64,000 nucleotides of DNA from the NCBI GenBank assembly GCA_958009085.1, contig OY253668.1, forward strand, positions 558,001-622,000, read 5' to 3'. Both the position numbers and the translations under genes were made by a program. The DNA comes from Protoeuglena noctilucae (taxonomy: Eukaryota). Positions 37,734-49,598 of this stretch are shown piece by piece. Numbering within the stretch: the stretch's first letter is position 1; every line of letters starts with the position of its first letter. Below the pieces are notes generated by a model. It made no database searches, had not been told where the DNA came from, and saw only the letters and a program-made list of their open reading frames with translations.

Positions 37734-40700
37734 ATGGAGGGCCTGCCGGCGTCCTCTGCGCCGGGCGATGGCCCTTTCAACGGTGGAGGAGTTCCCCTGG
37801 AACCCACAGGTGTGCACACGTGGTCCATCTCGCTTCTCTTTTCGCCTTTCCCGTCCGTTCTCCTCCCCGCTGTCTGCGCAACGACGTGGTTGCGATGGCG
37901 ATTGATCTTGCGATCCCCCAACCTCGCCGCTTGCAGGGGGTGTATTTCCTGCGGCTCCAGTCCCGCCGGGCCACGTTCCGGGCGCAATGCCGCCGATGCA
38001 GCCCATGCTGGCGCGCCCGCCTCCGCCGTTGGGATATCCCGGCGCAGGCCCGCCCTTCCCCTTCGCGCCCATGCCTTGGGGCGGTCCTCCGTTTCCCCCC
38101 GGCATGCCGCCGGGCCCCGGGGTCCCGCCGCGCCCGGATGGCGCCCGACCGTGGGCCCCGCCCTCGCCGGAGGCCGTGGGTCGCGCGTGGCGCGCGCACC
38201 GCACCGCCGAGGGACGCGTCTATTACTTCAACATCCTGACGAACCAGAGCAGTTGGGAGCGTCCGCCTGGCTTCAAGGGCGACGCCCCTGGCCTGGGCAC
38301 GGACGTCAAGCCCGTCTCTGCGAGGAAAATCGAGGGCACCAAGTGGAAGGAGGTGGAATTGAGCGACGGTCGCAAGTATTTCGTGGATACCGAGGTGCGC
38401 GGCGGGGCCTGCGCGCGCGTGGCCGCTGGAGCACGGGCGAGGGACCTGGCGAGCACGTTTTGTGACATTTGCGGTGCATCGTCTTGGACCCTCCCTGACG
38501 TCGCCTCCCCGACGCTTCGCAGACGAATAAAGCCGATTGGGCGGTACCACTGGAGATCCAGCTTCTCCGGCGGGGCATGACGGCGCAGCAGCTGGCCATC
38601 CTGAAGAGCAAGCACGCCAACCTGAGGCTTCCTGGGATTCCCGCCCCCGGGGGGGAAGGGCGGGACGCGGGCGGGTCAGGACGGGAAGAGGGCGACGCGC
38701 AGGATGACGTGGGGGACGATGCCGGGCCCTTGCGGGAGCCAGAAGGGCAGCCGGGCGACGAGGGGCCGGTGCCCGGACCGCCGCTGTCTCCCCGGCAGGA
38801 GCCAGGCCCAGAGCACCCGCACGCACCTACCCCGCACGCGCCTGCCCCGCACGCGCCTGCGGGTGGACCGTGGCACGTGCACCAGGGCTACCCTCCCCCA
38901 GGGCCCCCCATGTCGGGTCCCCCGATGACAGGGCCCCCGATGTCAGGCCCCCCGATGCCAGGGCCCATGCCAGGCTCAGCACCACCACCTCCCTGGATGA
39001 GGCCGGCACCCACGCCGATGGGTCCGGCATCCATGGCGATGCCCATGCCCATGCACGGGCACGAGGGGTACCACGGCCACCCTGGCCCCATGCACCCGCC
39101 CCCGCATTCCATGGGCCATCCACCGGGCGGCTTCGGAGGCCCCCCGCCGCACCAACCAATGGGCTTTGCCGCCCCTCGGCCCGCGGGGGAGCCCCGCGAG
39201 GTGGCGGAGCAGCGTTTCCGGCAGCTCCTGGCCGAGTCAGGCCTGACGCCGTTCAGCATGTACGCGAAGGAGGAGCCCCGGCTGAAGCAGGATCCCCGGT
39301 TCAAGGCCCTGGGCCCCCGGGACAGGCGGGCCGTGTTTGACGGCTTCTGCCAGGAGCTGGCGCAGCGTTCGAATCAGGCCAAGGAGGAGGCGCGGGCGGC
39401 GGCCATGCAGGCGAGGGCCGGCGGGGCAGGTCGGTGCTGCGTTTGGCTGAGTGGTTCAGGTGTGGTGGGGCGTGTTGGGGGTAGAGGGGCGACGGCACGG
39501 AACGCGTAACACGTCGCGCGCTCGCAGGGCCCGGGACTGGTGCTGAAGGAGGTCGCGGAGGCGCTGCGGGCAGGGCGCGACTTCCGGCGCCCCTTGGCCC
39601 CTAAGGAGCCACAAGAGGAGGACCCCGCCCCGCCCCCGCCGCCGGCAGTGGAGGGAGAGGAGGGGGAGATAACGGCGGGCGACGGTGACGGGGGGCGTGG
39701 CGGCAAGGCCGGGCCTGACGAGGAGGTTTTGGAGATGACTTCGTCACTGACGCTCCCTGACGTGGTTTCCTTCTTCGCGGACGATCCCCGCATGGTCGGG
39801 GCGGGGGAGGATACGCTCAAGAGGCTGTGGGACGAGATCGTCGCGCCAGGTGCGTGGGGTGGGGTCGCATGGGGGTGCGAGGGGTGGAAGGTGGGTGGGG
39901 TGGACGTGCGCTGTGCTGACAACAGGCCTCCTGTCGGTTTCCCGCAGCCCTGCAGCACGCTCGCAAGGCGTCGGCGGCGGGCAAGGCCGCCAAGCGCGCT
40001 GCGTTCCTGGGGCTGCTGAGGAGCCGGGGCGTGGAGGCGGGGGCGTCGTGGGGAGCGTGGCGGGACCGTCTGGCGCCTGAAGAGGCCATGGCGGATCTGG
40101 GGCTGGACGAGGCAGAGGAACTGTTCCGGTGAGGGGGACGGAGAGGGGCTGTCTTGTATGTGTGCAATGGAAGATGGGACGAGGCGGCTGGGGGTGAACA
40201 GTTCACACAGACCATTGCTGTTTTGTCCCCCAGGAGCTTTGTGCAAGGGGGCGAGGGTGCCCGGGATGGCGCAGACCGGGCGCAGGGGCGCGGGGCGGCG
40301 TCGGGGATCATGGCGGAGCCGGACGGGCGGTCGTCGGCGACCGCGGACGCCGAGCGGCGGCTGCAGCGGGCGCGGCAGGAGGAGGCGGCGCGGCAGTTCT
40401 CTGCGCTGCTGGGGGAGGTGGTGCGGGACGCGGACGGCGACTGGCGCGACTGGGAGCAGCGGCTGCGCCGGGACCCTTTGGGACGGGGGAGCAGCCGAGA
40501 CATGACGGACCGGGAGCGCCGCGACATGTTCAGCGCGCACGTGGCGGAGCTGAGGTGCGTGGATGTAGCCATCTGGCCGACTCATATGTATTCCTGCAAT
40601 GAGGCTGTCGATGCGGAGCTTCATTCGGTTACGCCAGTGCGACTGCCCTAGCACCCAGCCGAGAAGCCCTTGGCGACGTCTCACCTGCAGGAAGCGCGGC

Positions 40701-41413
40701 GAGGCGGAGTTCCGCGCTCTGCTCGCCGACCGGCTGTCGGGGATGGCTGCGGAAGCACTGCGTGTGTCGGGCGGGGCGGTCCCTGCTCCCGCGTCGCTGC
40801 CGGCGCCCCTGTCGTCGTGGGAGGCGGCGGAGGAGCTGCTGCAGGCAGACCCTCGATACGCACGCATGCCGGAGAGGATGCGCGAGCACGCGTGGAGGGT
40901 GTGGGTGGAGGCGGCACTCACGGGGGTGAGCGTGCGGGGCTGCGTGGGGTGCTGGCGTGGCTGCAACGATGTGAAATCGTGCTCAGACAAAGCATGGCGT
41001 GTGGATGACACTGGCTTATACCTTTGCTGCAGACGCTGGAGGCGCTGGAGAGCATGCCTGCGCCGCTGATGGGGGGCGCGGTGCGGACGGGGCGGGCGGC
41101 GCTGGACCCACAGTTGGGCGCGAGTGGGCGAGGCGTGGAGGGGTCGCAGGGGGGCAGGCGAGGCGATCGAGAGCCGCGCGCCGCCGAGGGGTCGGTGAGG
41201 GAGCGGGAGCGGAGTCGGTCGAGGGAGCGGGGTGACAGGGAGCGGGGTGACCGGGGTGACCGGCGGCGGCACGGGGACGATCGGGGGAGTGACCGGCGGG
41301 GGCATTACGGGGACGACCGTGGCAGCGACCGGCGCGGCTACGACCGGGGCAGGCGTGACGGCGATCGCGACCGGGGCCGGGACGGGAGGAGAGAATACGA
41401 CAGGCCGCGCTGA
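37734..41413 (+). CDS. TCERG1/PRP40C-like WW- and FF-domain splicing/transcription factor
   Basis: Pro-rich N-terminus; WW1 AWRAHRTAEGRVYYFNILTNQSSWERP; WW2 KWKEVELSDGRKYFVDTE|TNKADWAVP; FF domains (FRQLLAESGLTPFSMY..DPRF; FSALLGEVV..RDPLGR; LLQADPRY); RD/RG-rich tail. Confidence 0.88.
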
Positions 41414-41644
41414 CCTGGTCCCATGTGCTGCATGACGTGTAGGTGTCCTGGCAGGCCTCGTGCCGATGTGGGAGGGCACAGATTCGGGGACCTGTCACGA
41501 CGTTTCAAGATTTGGAAAATCCCCTGCCGGGCGCAGACGGCCCTTAAAAGTGTATTGTCCATGTGTTGTGCGGCACGTCTGCAGATGAGTGTTTTGCCGA
41601 CCCAACGCTGTGAAACTGGCCTAGCGGATGCTACCAACACCCTC

Positions 41645-44600
41645 TCAACTATCACCCGTGGCACGGGCCTGCTTGTTGTACCCCAGCTTCTCCATCAGGA
41701 GGTCCAGCGGGATGTCCTCAGGCCCTAGCGAACCCTGCCGGTCGCCACGCGGGCCCTCGGTCGATACGCGGGGTGCGTCTTGGGAAGTAGGGGCCGCGTG
41801 TCCCACACCCGCGCCTCCGTCACGCTCCGCCCGGCGACCCTGAGCCCCCGACTCTGCCGCTCCCCGCACCTGCGCAGTAATACCCGCGTCGCTGGGCTGC
41901 CCCGCGCCCTGCATAGTATCCGCAATGCGGGCCAGCAGCTGTTCCGAGACCCCACGTGCCGGTGCCGACTGCCGGTCGAGTCCCCCGCGCGGTGCCTGGG
42001 GCACGCCCCTGCCCTGGGATGCCTGGGCTTGGCTGGCTGCGATGGCCCCCAGCAGCCGCGTCGCACTGTGCCTCTTGAGGGCGTTGCGCGTGACACGCGG
42101 CAGCACCACGTCCAGCACCCGGTGCGACGCGGACCTCTTGCCTAACCGCTCCTGCGCCGCGCTGCGTGCCCCTTGCGACACCAGGGACGCCCTCGCCAGA
42201 GACCGCCGTGTCAGCTCCCGTTCGGTGGCCGGCCCGCCCTCGGCCTCGGATGCGGACGCACGGGCAGACCGGGAAGGCGCTCGGGTGAGCGCGGCGGGCG
42301 CCAGGTTGGAGCTGGGTGCCCCGACAGACGCCGTGCGGCGGTGGCCCTGGGTCGCCCGCGCCAGGACGGCCTCCTTCCTCCCTGCCGGCCCGGAGGAGGA
42401 CAGGGACGACGACCGCCGCATCTGCGGGTCCCGTGCCTGCCCGCTGAGGTCGAGCTCCAGGTTGTTCTGGGCCATATACGCCAGCACGGTCAGGCGCGAG
42501 CTGGCGGCGACCCTGCGAGGGGCAGGCAGGGGTGGGGGTGGGAACGCGCCATGTGCCAAACAAGCGATGCTGCGATCGTGCTCCCACGTTGCTCGTGCTG
42601 TCGCACCTGGACACGATGGCGTAGAGGGGCACCACGATCCACGAGGAATGGACCATCAACAAGAGGTCCACGCCGAACCAGATGAAGGCGTAGCCGATGT
42701 CCAGGTGTGAGCCGAAGAGACCTGGGGAGGTGTGCGAGAGCAGGGGGTGTCAAAAGAAGTGATTGCGGCAGTATAATAGACAGAGACGATGTGGGCTGGG
42801 CTGAGCTAACACCATCAAGCGCCCTGCGGCGTGGTGCGGGCTGCCGTCGCCGCCGCCGCCACTCACCGACCCCGGTCCAGGTACGCAAGAGGATCAGCGC
42901 CAGAGAGAGTGCGTTCTCAAAGAACACGAACTTGAGGAGCCACATGACCAGCACGGGCCGCCCCAGCCAGAACAGCTCCGACGGGTCGTCCACTCCCCGC
43001 ACAGCACATTCCGCCGCCTCCCTCTCCGCAATGCTCGCGTACACCCGCTCCTTCTTCTCCTCGACTGTGCCCGTCCCACGATCGAGGGTTGCAGTCGGGA
43101 TCACGCCCAGGCACCACTCGACGCCCTCCACCCACCGCCTCCACCACGCGTGCCGGCGCGGGCCCTGTAGGGGTGCGGGGCCCTCCACGCGCTGCAGCGG
43201 CGGAGACGGGCGGTCCGCGCGGCCGCCGGTCCGCAAGCCGCCTCTCGCCGGACCCGCCAAGCCCGTCTCCACGTCGCCCTCCTCGGTCCCTGGCCCCTCC
43301 GCAGCACGTGCCGACGCAGACCCTGCCCCGCCGCCGCGGCGGTTCCTGCCAGTGAGCGCGGAAAGCGCCCTGCCCATCTGCCGAGGGCTCCACAGAGAGA
43401 AGACCTGCGGTCACAGCTTGGTCACAGCTTGCTTGCGACTGTCACCCATTAGTGCGCGACCAAAGCGGGACGCCAGACCACCAACGCCTCCTATGCCGGC
43501 GCTGGCCCTCGCCTTTCTGGCAACGTGCGTCATGCCGGTGTCCCCTCCGCCCCGTCCCTTGCGCGCCTTGTCGATGACCTCCTGCAGCTGCCTCTCCAGC
43601 TCCCCTGCCTGTTCCCGACGCACCATGCCCGTCCGCACTGCGTACGTCGCCAGCTGCCCTGCGTCCGCGTCTCTCAGGCGCGACGCCGCTCCGGACCACT
43701 GCCCGTCCCTGCGAGTGCCACAGCATGCTCAGCATCAGCCATCGATGACGATAAAACAATCGACAACGATACATCCCCCAGCCACTGCTGCATGGCTGCA
43801 CCCTCGCCTGACTTCAAACAGCCCCGCCATCCACCGCTGCATGGCTGCCTTGGCCGTCCCCGCTTCCTCCCCATTGCCGTCTCCGTCGCCCCGCTCCTCT
43901 CGCCGCGAAGGGCCCTCTTCCTCTTTGGTCCTCGTCACTGCCCTCGACACGCGATGCAGCAGATCCTGTCCCTTCACAGACAGCCTCGACAGGAACGACC
44001 CAGGTCGGTGCCTGTCGGTGGACACCAACCCCTCTTGTCTCGAGCCTTGGCGAGGCTGTGGAGCTGCTGTGGGCCCAACGGGGCGTGCAGAGGGCCCAGG
44101 GGCCGGTGCAGGGCCCTGGAGTGGTGCCGGTGAGAGGGCTGCGGCTTGGGCGGTCGCGTGGGTGGCGGGGGCTCCGTGGGACGCACGATCGGCGCTCCGT
44201 GACGCTCGGCGCCGGGCCTCCGCGCTGTTTCTGGTGTGGCTCTTGGGCGACGTGGGGTCGAACTGCGATGGCAAGGGGTTGTGCACTGTACCTGCTCTGC
44301 ACCCTCCAAAGCGCAGGGCTGAACAGACCACCCACGGGTGTATGGCACACATGGCAACTCGTCACATACCCTTTAAGCCACCCGCATCATCACATGTGCA
44401 AAGTGTAACTCGTCGCATTCCCTCACCTCGCCCTCGTCGCCCTCGTGCAGGGCCTCTAACTCCAGCTCCTTCGCCGACCCTGCCCCGGCCCCGATGCCCG
44501 CATTCCGGTGCCACCGCTCCAGCCGTCCGGGGGGGATCATCAACTGCACAATCAGGGAGCGTATCACAATTGCAGCACTCGCAGTCGCAAAACGACAACG

Positions 44601-47173
44601 ACAGGGCGCGTCACGCCGACAGCAGGGAGCCCACCCATGCGGTCAGTACAGGACTGGATGCGTCACCATGCACAGTGCCACAACCCCCACAGCAGCGCCC
44701 GGCGACTCACGATGGGGCCCTGCACGTTCAGCTCGTGCACCTCGGAAGGCACCGCGGGCGTCTTGCCCGCAATCGTCTTCATCAGGGGCCCAACTCTGGC
44801 GCGGAGAGGGGCGCGGCCCGGAGGCCCGAAGGCGCTCTCTGGCCCAGGGCCCGCCCTGCCTGCAAAGTCCCTCCTCTCCTCCGCTGCCGGCCTTTCCAAT
44901 TCGGGCATCCCTGCTCTTCCTGCCCCAACTCCGTCAGACCCTCCCTGTACGCTCACCCCGTTCCCCGCCACACCCCGACCCACGTCACCCCGATCACTCG
45001 CACCGACCGCATCGCCCCCGCCCCCACGATTGCCTCTCCGGCCCGCATCGTCGCCCATGCCGCCGTCACCCACGCCACCGTCGCCCTCGTCAGCGCTCCT
45101 GGTCTGCGGCGCCCCCCCATCATGACCGCCCTCGCGCGTCCTCCCAGACACAACTGCTTCACGCACCTCTTCTGTCGAAGGAGAATCCGCCAGGGTGCTT
45201 CTTGGATGCGCGTGACTGGCGCTGTCCGTCGCAGCGTCGGTGTGCGCCGGCAGGGAGCTGACAGACGCAGGCATGCTGCTACGCGCCAGTCGCCCAGTCA
45301 GGCCGCCCCCGGGCCTCGCCCACGGCTCCGGCAGGGCCGCCCCGTTGACTGCCGCCGCGCCCGCCGCCCCCTTCGCCGCCGCGCTCTTCCTCAGCAGGCC
45401 ACGGAACGCGGCAGAGGCGCTGGACGGCCGCTCCAGCTCGAGTCGCGGCCGCTTGAGCTCCTCGACCTCCGGTGGCGGCGCCTCGGGAGCCTCCGTGACC
45501 CCCGCATCTCGTCGGCGCTTGTGTTTCCTGCGGAAGGGAGCGGCGGGGTGGGGCGGGTGATGACAAGTGGGGACGGGATGGGACGGGAGGCAATCAATGC
45601 ACGCACGGTGTTTGTAGGGCGAATGGAGACCGATGGAGATGGGATGGGACGGGAGGCAGTGGAATGCGCGCACGGTGGTTTGTAGCTTACGCGCCCATGC
45701 CCTGCCTCGCTCACCAGTAGGCCTGCGCGGACATGATGCTGACGATCTGGTTGAGCTTGATGGCGCACACGAGCGACGTCAGGATGCCGAGGCAGGAGAA
45801 GACGTACACCGAGTAGGGCATCTCGATCCACACGATGGCGATGACCCACTCGAACCACCCGACGTGAAACAGCTCCGCGTACTCCTCCTCAATGGCGGCC
45901 GTCACGTAATCGCGAAAGTCAAAGTCCACGGTGATGCCGAGGCCCTCGACCACCGTCTCCCTGCAAAGCGACAGGGCAGCGACAAGGGTGCACGGCAGTG
46001 TGTGGCTCATCCCCAGCCCATGCTCGGCCACCGCAGCATTGGCGGTCAAGAGATCGGCTCAGCTCCAGTCACACGGCGCTTCGGTGCATTGGGTGCCGCC
46101 CCCTCACCTCAGGGCGAGGTAGGTGGTTTTTGTGACGCGGTCCACCACGAACCCTTTCAGCCACAGGAGCCACTGGGAAAGCGGGGTGTCGCCGAGATCG
46201 ATGAGATAGCGGGACCGGATGGGGATCTCCAGGCCGTGCCTGTGAGGGGCGGTGGGGTGCGGGCATTGAGCTGAGCTGTTGCGGGCATGCAGCTGAGCTG
46301 CGCGCATCTGCAGCAACGATGGGTAACCGGGTGACTGTCTGTGTCGCTCGCACAAAGAACGCACCTTGCCGCACACATGGCGTGCTCCTCGGTTGGTTTC
46401 CACCGCCGCAGCTTCTGGATGACGATGGACATCGACACGGCCAGGTAGACGACGTGGGTGCCGCCGATGAGGAAGATGAGGATGTGCATGGCGTGAATGG
46501 CGTTGGGACTGTGGTAGGACAGGCACCGGCATTGGCTTGGCATGGGTGCGTGTCACTTCGCAAGCAATGACGCTCTTCAAAGGCAACGCCCAGCACTCAC
46601 GGGAACATCTGGGTCTTGCCGGGAGGGCACGAGCTCGCCGACGACGAGGAGGCCAAACGTCGCATCTTGGGCGCCCCGACGTCCTTTGGCTCGTGCGAGG
46701 AGACCCCGGCCTGCTGCATCGCCGCTGCAATGCAGAACGGCTGGCTGGTCGACGTGCAGGCGACGCAGATGGTCGAGAGGGGGTCCTGCGGGAAGCGAGA
46801 GTCGTGGATGGCGAGGGCCGCAGATGCACATTAGATAAGCATCGCCGGGGTGCGCAAATGCTCCACCTGCAGGACGGAGAGCAGCAAGGAGACGATGCCC
46901 AGGAGCAGCTGCTCCCGCTCCAGGCTCTTATAGACGCTGCAGTAGCCTGCCCTCTTCATCCTTCGAAGGACGCGATCGATGTAGTGAATGCCGTAGCTGA
47001 AAAGCACGGAGAAGAGCGCGAACCCTGCGACGGGCGAGGGTTTCCATCAAGAGCAGCGCTCACCGCCTCCTCCCGCGACCGAGCATGGGCGACAACGCAC
47101 CAGTAAAGATGATGACGTATCCCTGCACCGACGTGACCTCGGTGCCACCGGAATCAGCGAGGAGCACTCGCAT
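41645..47173 (-). CDS. MLO: MLO-like seven-transmembrane protein with very large internal insertion
   Basis: AIHAMHILIFLIGGTHVVY..KLRRWK, VTKTTYLALR, FDFRDYVTAAIEEEYAELFHVGWFEW, AIKLNQIV, ELFWLGRPVLVMWLLKFVFFENA and HSSWIVVPLYAIVSR all correspond in order to MLO family blocks. Confidence 0.88.
45569..45686. repeat. Imperfect direct repeat (two copies, about 50 bp core) in an MLO intron
   Basis: gggatgggacgggaggcaatcaatgcacgcacggtgtttgtag and gggatgggacgggaggcagtggaatgcgcgcacggtggtttgtag. Confidence 0.75.
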
Positions 47174-47581
47174 CGAGCCGACGACCGCGCGCACGAGCAT
47201 TTCTGCGGCTCAGGTCGGGGCGAGGGCAGCCAACCCATCCGCTACCCCGGTTTCCAGCCCATGACGAGCTCGGGTTCCGCCGCCGGGAGCTGGGGGCGAC
47301 GCAGATTGAGAGTAATTTGCGGGCTTAGCTTGCGATCCTCAACCTGGGGACATGCACGCGTTTAAGCCACCTGTGTCCTGCACCCTGTGCTCTACTGCTG
47401 TCGAATGGATGGCGGGGAAGCTCTCGCCCGCCCCCTGTTGCAGCCCGGGAATCGAGGTTTCAGGGACTGGCGTGTCGCAAAGACGTGGCATGGCCCTCGT
47501 TGCCTGTTGTCGCATAGAATGCGGTGCAGAGCATAGTCATTGCCATTCTCTTTGCGACTCTCGCTCTGCGCAGCCCAAGCA

Positions 47582-49386
47582 ATGCCGCTCGAGGCGGGGG
47601 CATCGGGGGCCACGCACGTGTGGCTCGCGTCCGCCCGGACCGCCCCGTCAGCAGCCTCAAGATGTCCTCCCGCAACATGTGCGTGCCTTGTTCGCTCTAG
47701 ACAGGGCCCGGAGCGGCGGGGAGGGCGGGTGCGCGCGGGTTCCGCGAACGTGAATTTGGGCACGTTCGACGACTCGCGGGAGGTCAAGAGGACTCGGACG
47801 CCGCACAGGTGACGTATTGCGACATTGAATATTCCATCGGGAGTCGAGTTCGACCGGGTACATGCGCCTCGAGGCGCGACCGACCCCTCCATTGCTCGAC
47901 ATCTCGTCGCACCGTTCCCGCAGCGGCTTCCACTGGGACGGCTCCTCGAGGACTTTCTTCGAAGGATGGTATTTCAAGATCACGATACCCGATCGCCCCG
48001 GGTGTTCCTTCGCGTTCATCTACGCGGTGGAGGACCCCGCGGGGGACACGGCACGCTCGGCCTCCTCCTGCCAGGTCATGGGCCCGTCTGACGGGTACAT
48101 CGTGCAGTGGCAGCCGACTGTGAGCGACTTCTGGGGCTCCCGCCACGCTCTGGAGCTCGGTTACACTTTCGAGACCCGGCCAGGGCAGCGCGCGCCGCGA
48201 GGGTTGATGCCAGGTGCGTCCCGAGTCGTTCGCAACGTGCCTTGACTTTGCCGCAACAACATCGGAGCAGATGTTTCTGCAACGCGTCACCGCGACTCGC
48301 CGCTCCTGTGCTGCGCTCAGAGGAGCGGTGGGCGGAGGCGGTGGAGCGAGGGTGGCAGACGAGCCCTCGCTTAAACACGGGCAGCATCGTGGCGACGGAC
48401 GCGCCGGGGTCGCTGGGGAGCACGGTGCGCAAGTGCCGGTGGTCCTACACGACCACGCCGCTGTACGGGTGGGGCGAGAGCGGGGAGGGCCGGCAGCGGT
48501 CGACGGCGGGGTGGCTGGCGGCGCTGCCCGTCTTCGAGCCGCACTGGCAGATTTGCATGGGCCACGGCCTCGCGACGGGCTGGGTGGAGTGGGGCGACGA
48601 GCGCATCGAGTTCCAGAACGCCCCGGCCTACGCGGAGAAGAACTGGGGCGGCCAGTTCCCGGAGAAGTGGTTCTGGGCGCAGTGCAACGCCTTCGAGGGG
48701 CAGCCGACGCTCGCCGTGACGGCGGGCGGGGGCCGGCGCGGGCTGTTAGGCGTGCCGGGGGTCAAGGAGGACGTGGCAATGGTGGGGGTGCACCACGAGG
48801 GGCGCTTCTACAACGTCTCGCCGGAGCAGGACGGAGCCGTGGTGTGGTGGCGCGTGTCGCCGTGGGGTTTCTGGGAGATGCGCGGCACCAATCGCGACGT
48901 GGAGGTTACGCTGACGTCCACGTGCGCGGCCCGGGCCGGGACGCTGCTGCGGGCGCCCACGGCGGACCAGGGCATGGTGCCCTTCTGCAAGGACACGTTC
49001 GCGGGGGAGATGACGCTGCGCGTGCGGCGCATGGACGGGCCGGGCGGGGCGCCGGGGACGGTGGTGGTGGAGGCGACAAGCCGGGACGCGGCGTTAGAGG
49101 TCGGGGGCGGGCCCTGGTGGGAGACGTGGGAAAGCCAGGTGAGGCGGCGGTGCGGAGCAGGCTGATGGCGGGTTGCGACCTGCGCGGGTCAAGCAGCAGC
49201 CTGGCGAAGCAATGGGTTGACCCTGCTTTGTCATGGCCAGTCACGTGGGCAACCCCACCTCCGCGTCGCCATTCGCAGGCGGTGATGCGGGAGCCTCTCA
49301 AGAGCCTCTTGCAGCTGCCGGTGGAGCGCGTCGCTGGGCCCGTCGTGCAGGCTGCGCCGTGGCCGGTCAAGCCCCCAGGTCTCTGA
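47582..49386 (+). CDS. VTE1: Tocopherol cyclase, plastid
   Basis: RTPH|SGFHWDGSSRTFFEGWYFK, QRSTAGWLAALPVFEPHWQICM..GLATGWVEW, NAPAYAEKNWGG.FP.KWFWAQCNAF, LRAPT..CKDTF, AALEVGGGPW, KPPGL*. Confidence 0.97.
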
Positions 49387-49598
49387 AATGCGCAGCGTTT
49401 CCCTGGCGTTCCCATTCCTCGCACTCCTTCGCCTCGAGCACGTTTCCGCTTCAAGCATTGCACCAAGAATCCTCTATCGTGTCCGGTCTAGCGTGGAGCC
49501 GAGTGTCCACGCACGCGTTGTTCGAACTCCAAAGCAAGTGCAGCACGGCACGAAACACGCACCATTGAATGACAAACGTCGCGGAGGTCGCGAACGGC

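Noticed and set aside
38902..38975. 15-bp periodic repeats (PPMSG/PPMTG) and the RD/RG repeats at 41200-41410 as a possible array
   Set aside because: Protein-coding low-complexity repeats typical of splicing factors; no repeat-spacer (CRISPR-like) structure.
39374..41479. 701-aa minus-strand ORF
   Set aside because: Antisense shadow of the PRP40C-like gene.
42707..45685. 992-aa plus-strand ORF
   Set aside because: Antisense to the MLO exons and introns; P/R/S/A-rich low-complexity translation expected from high GC.
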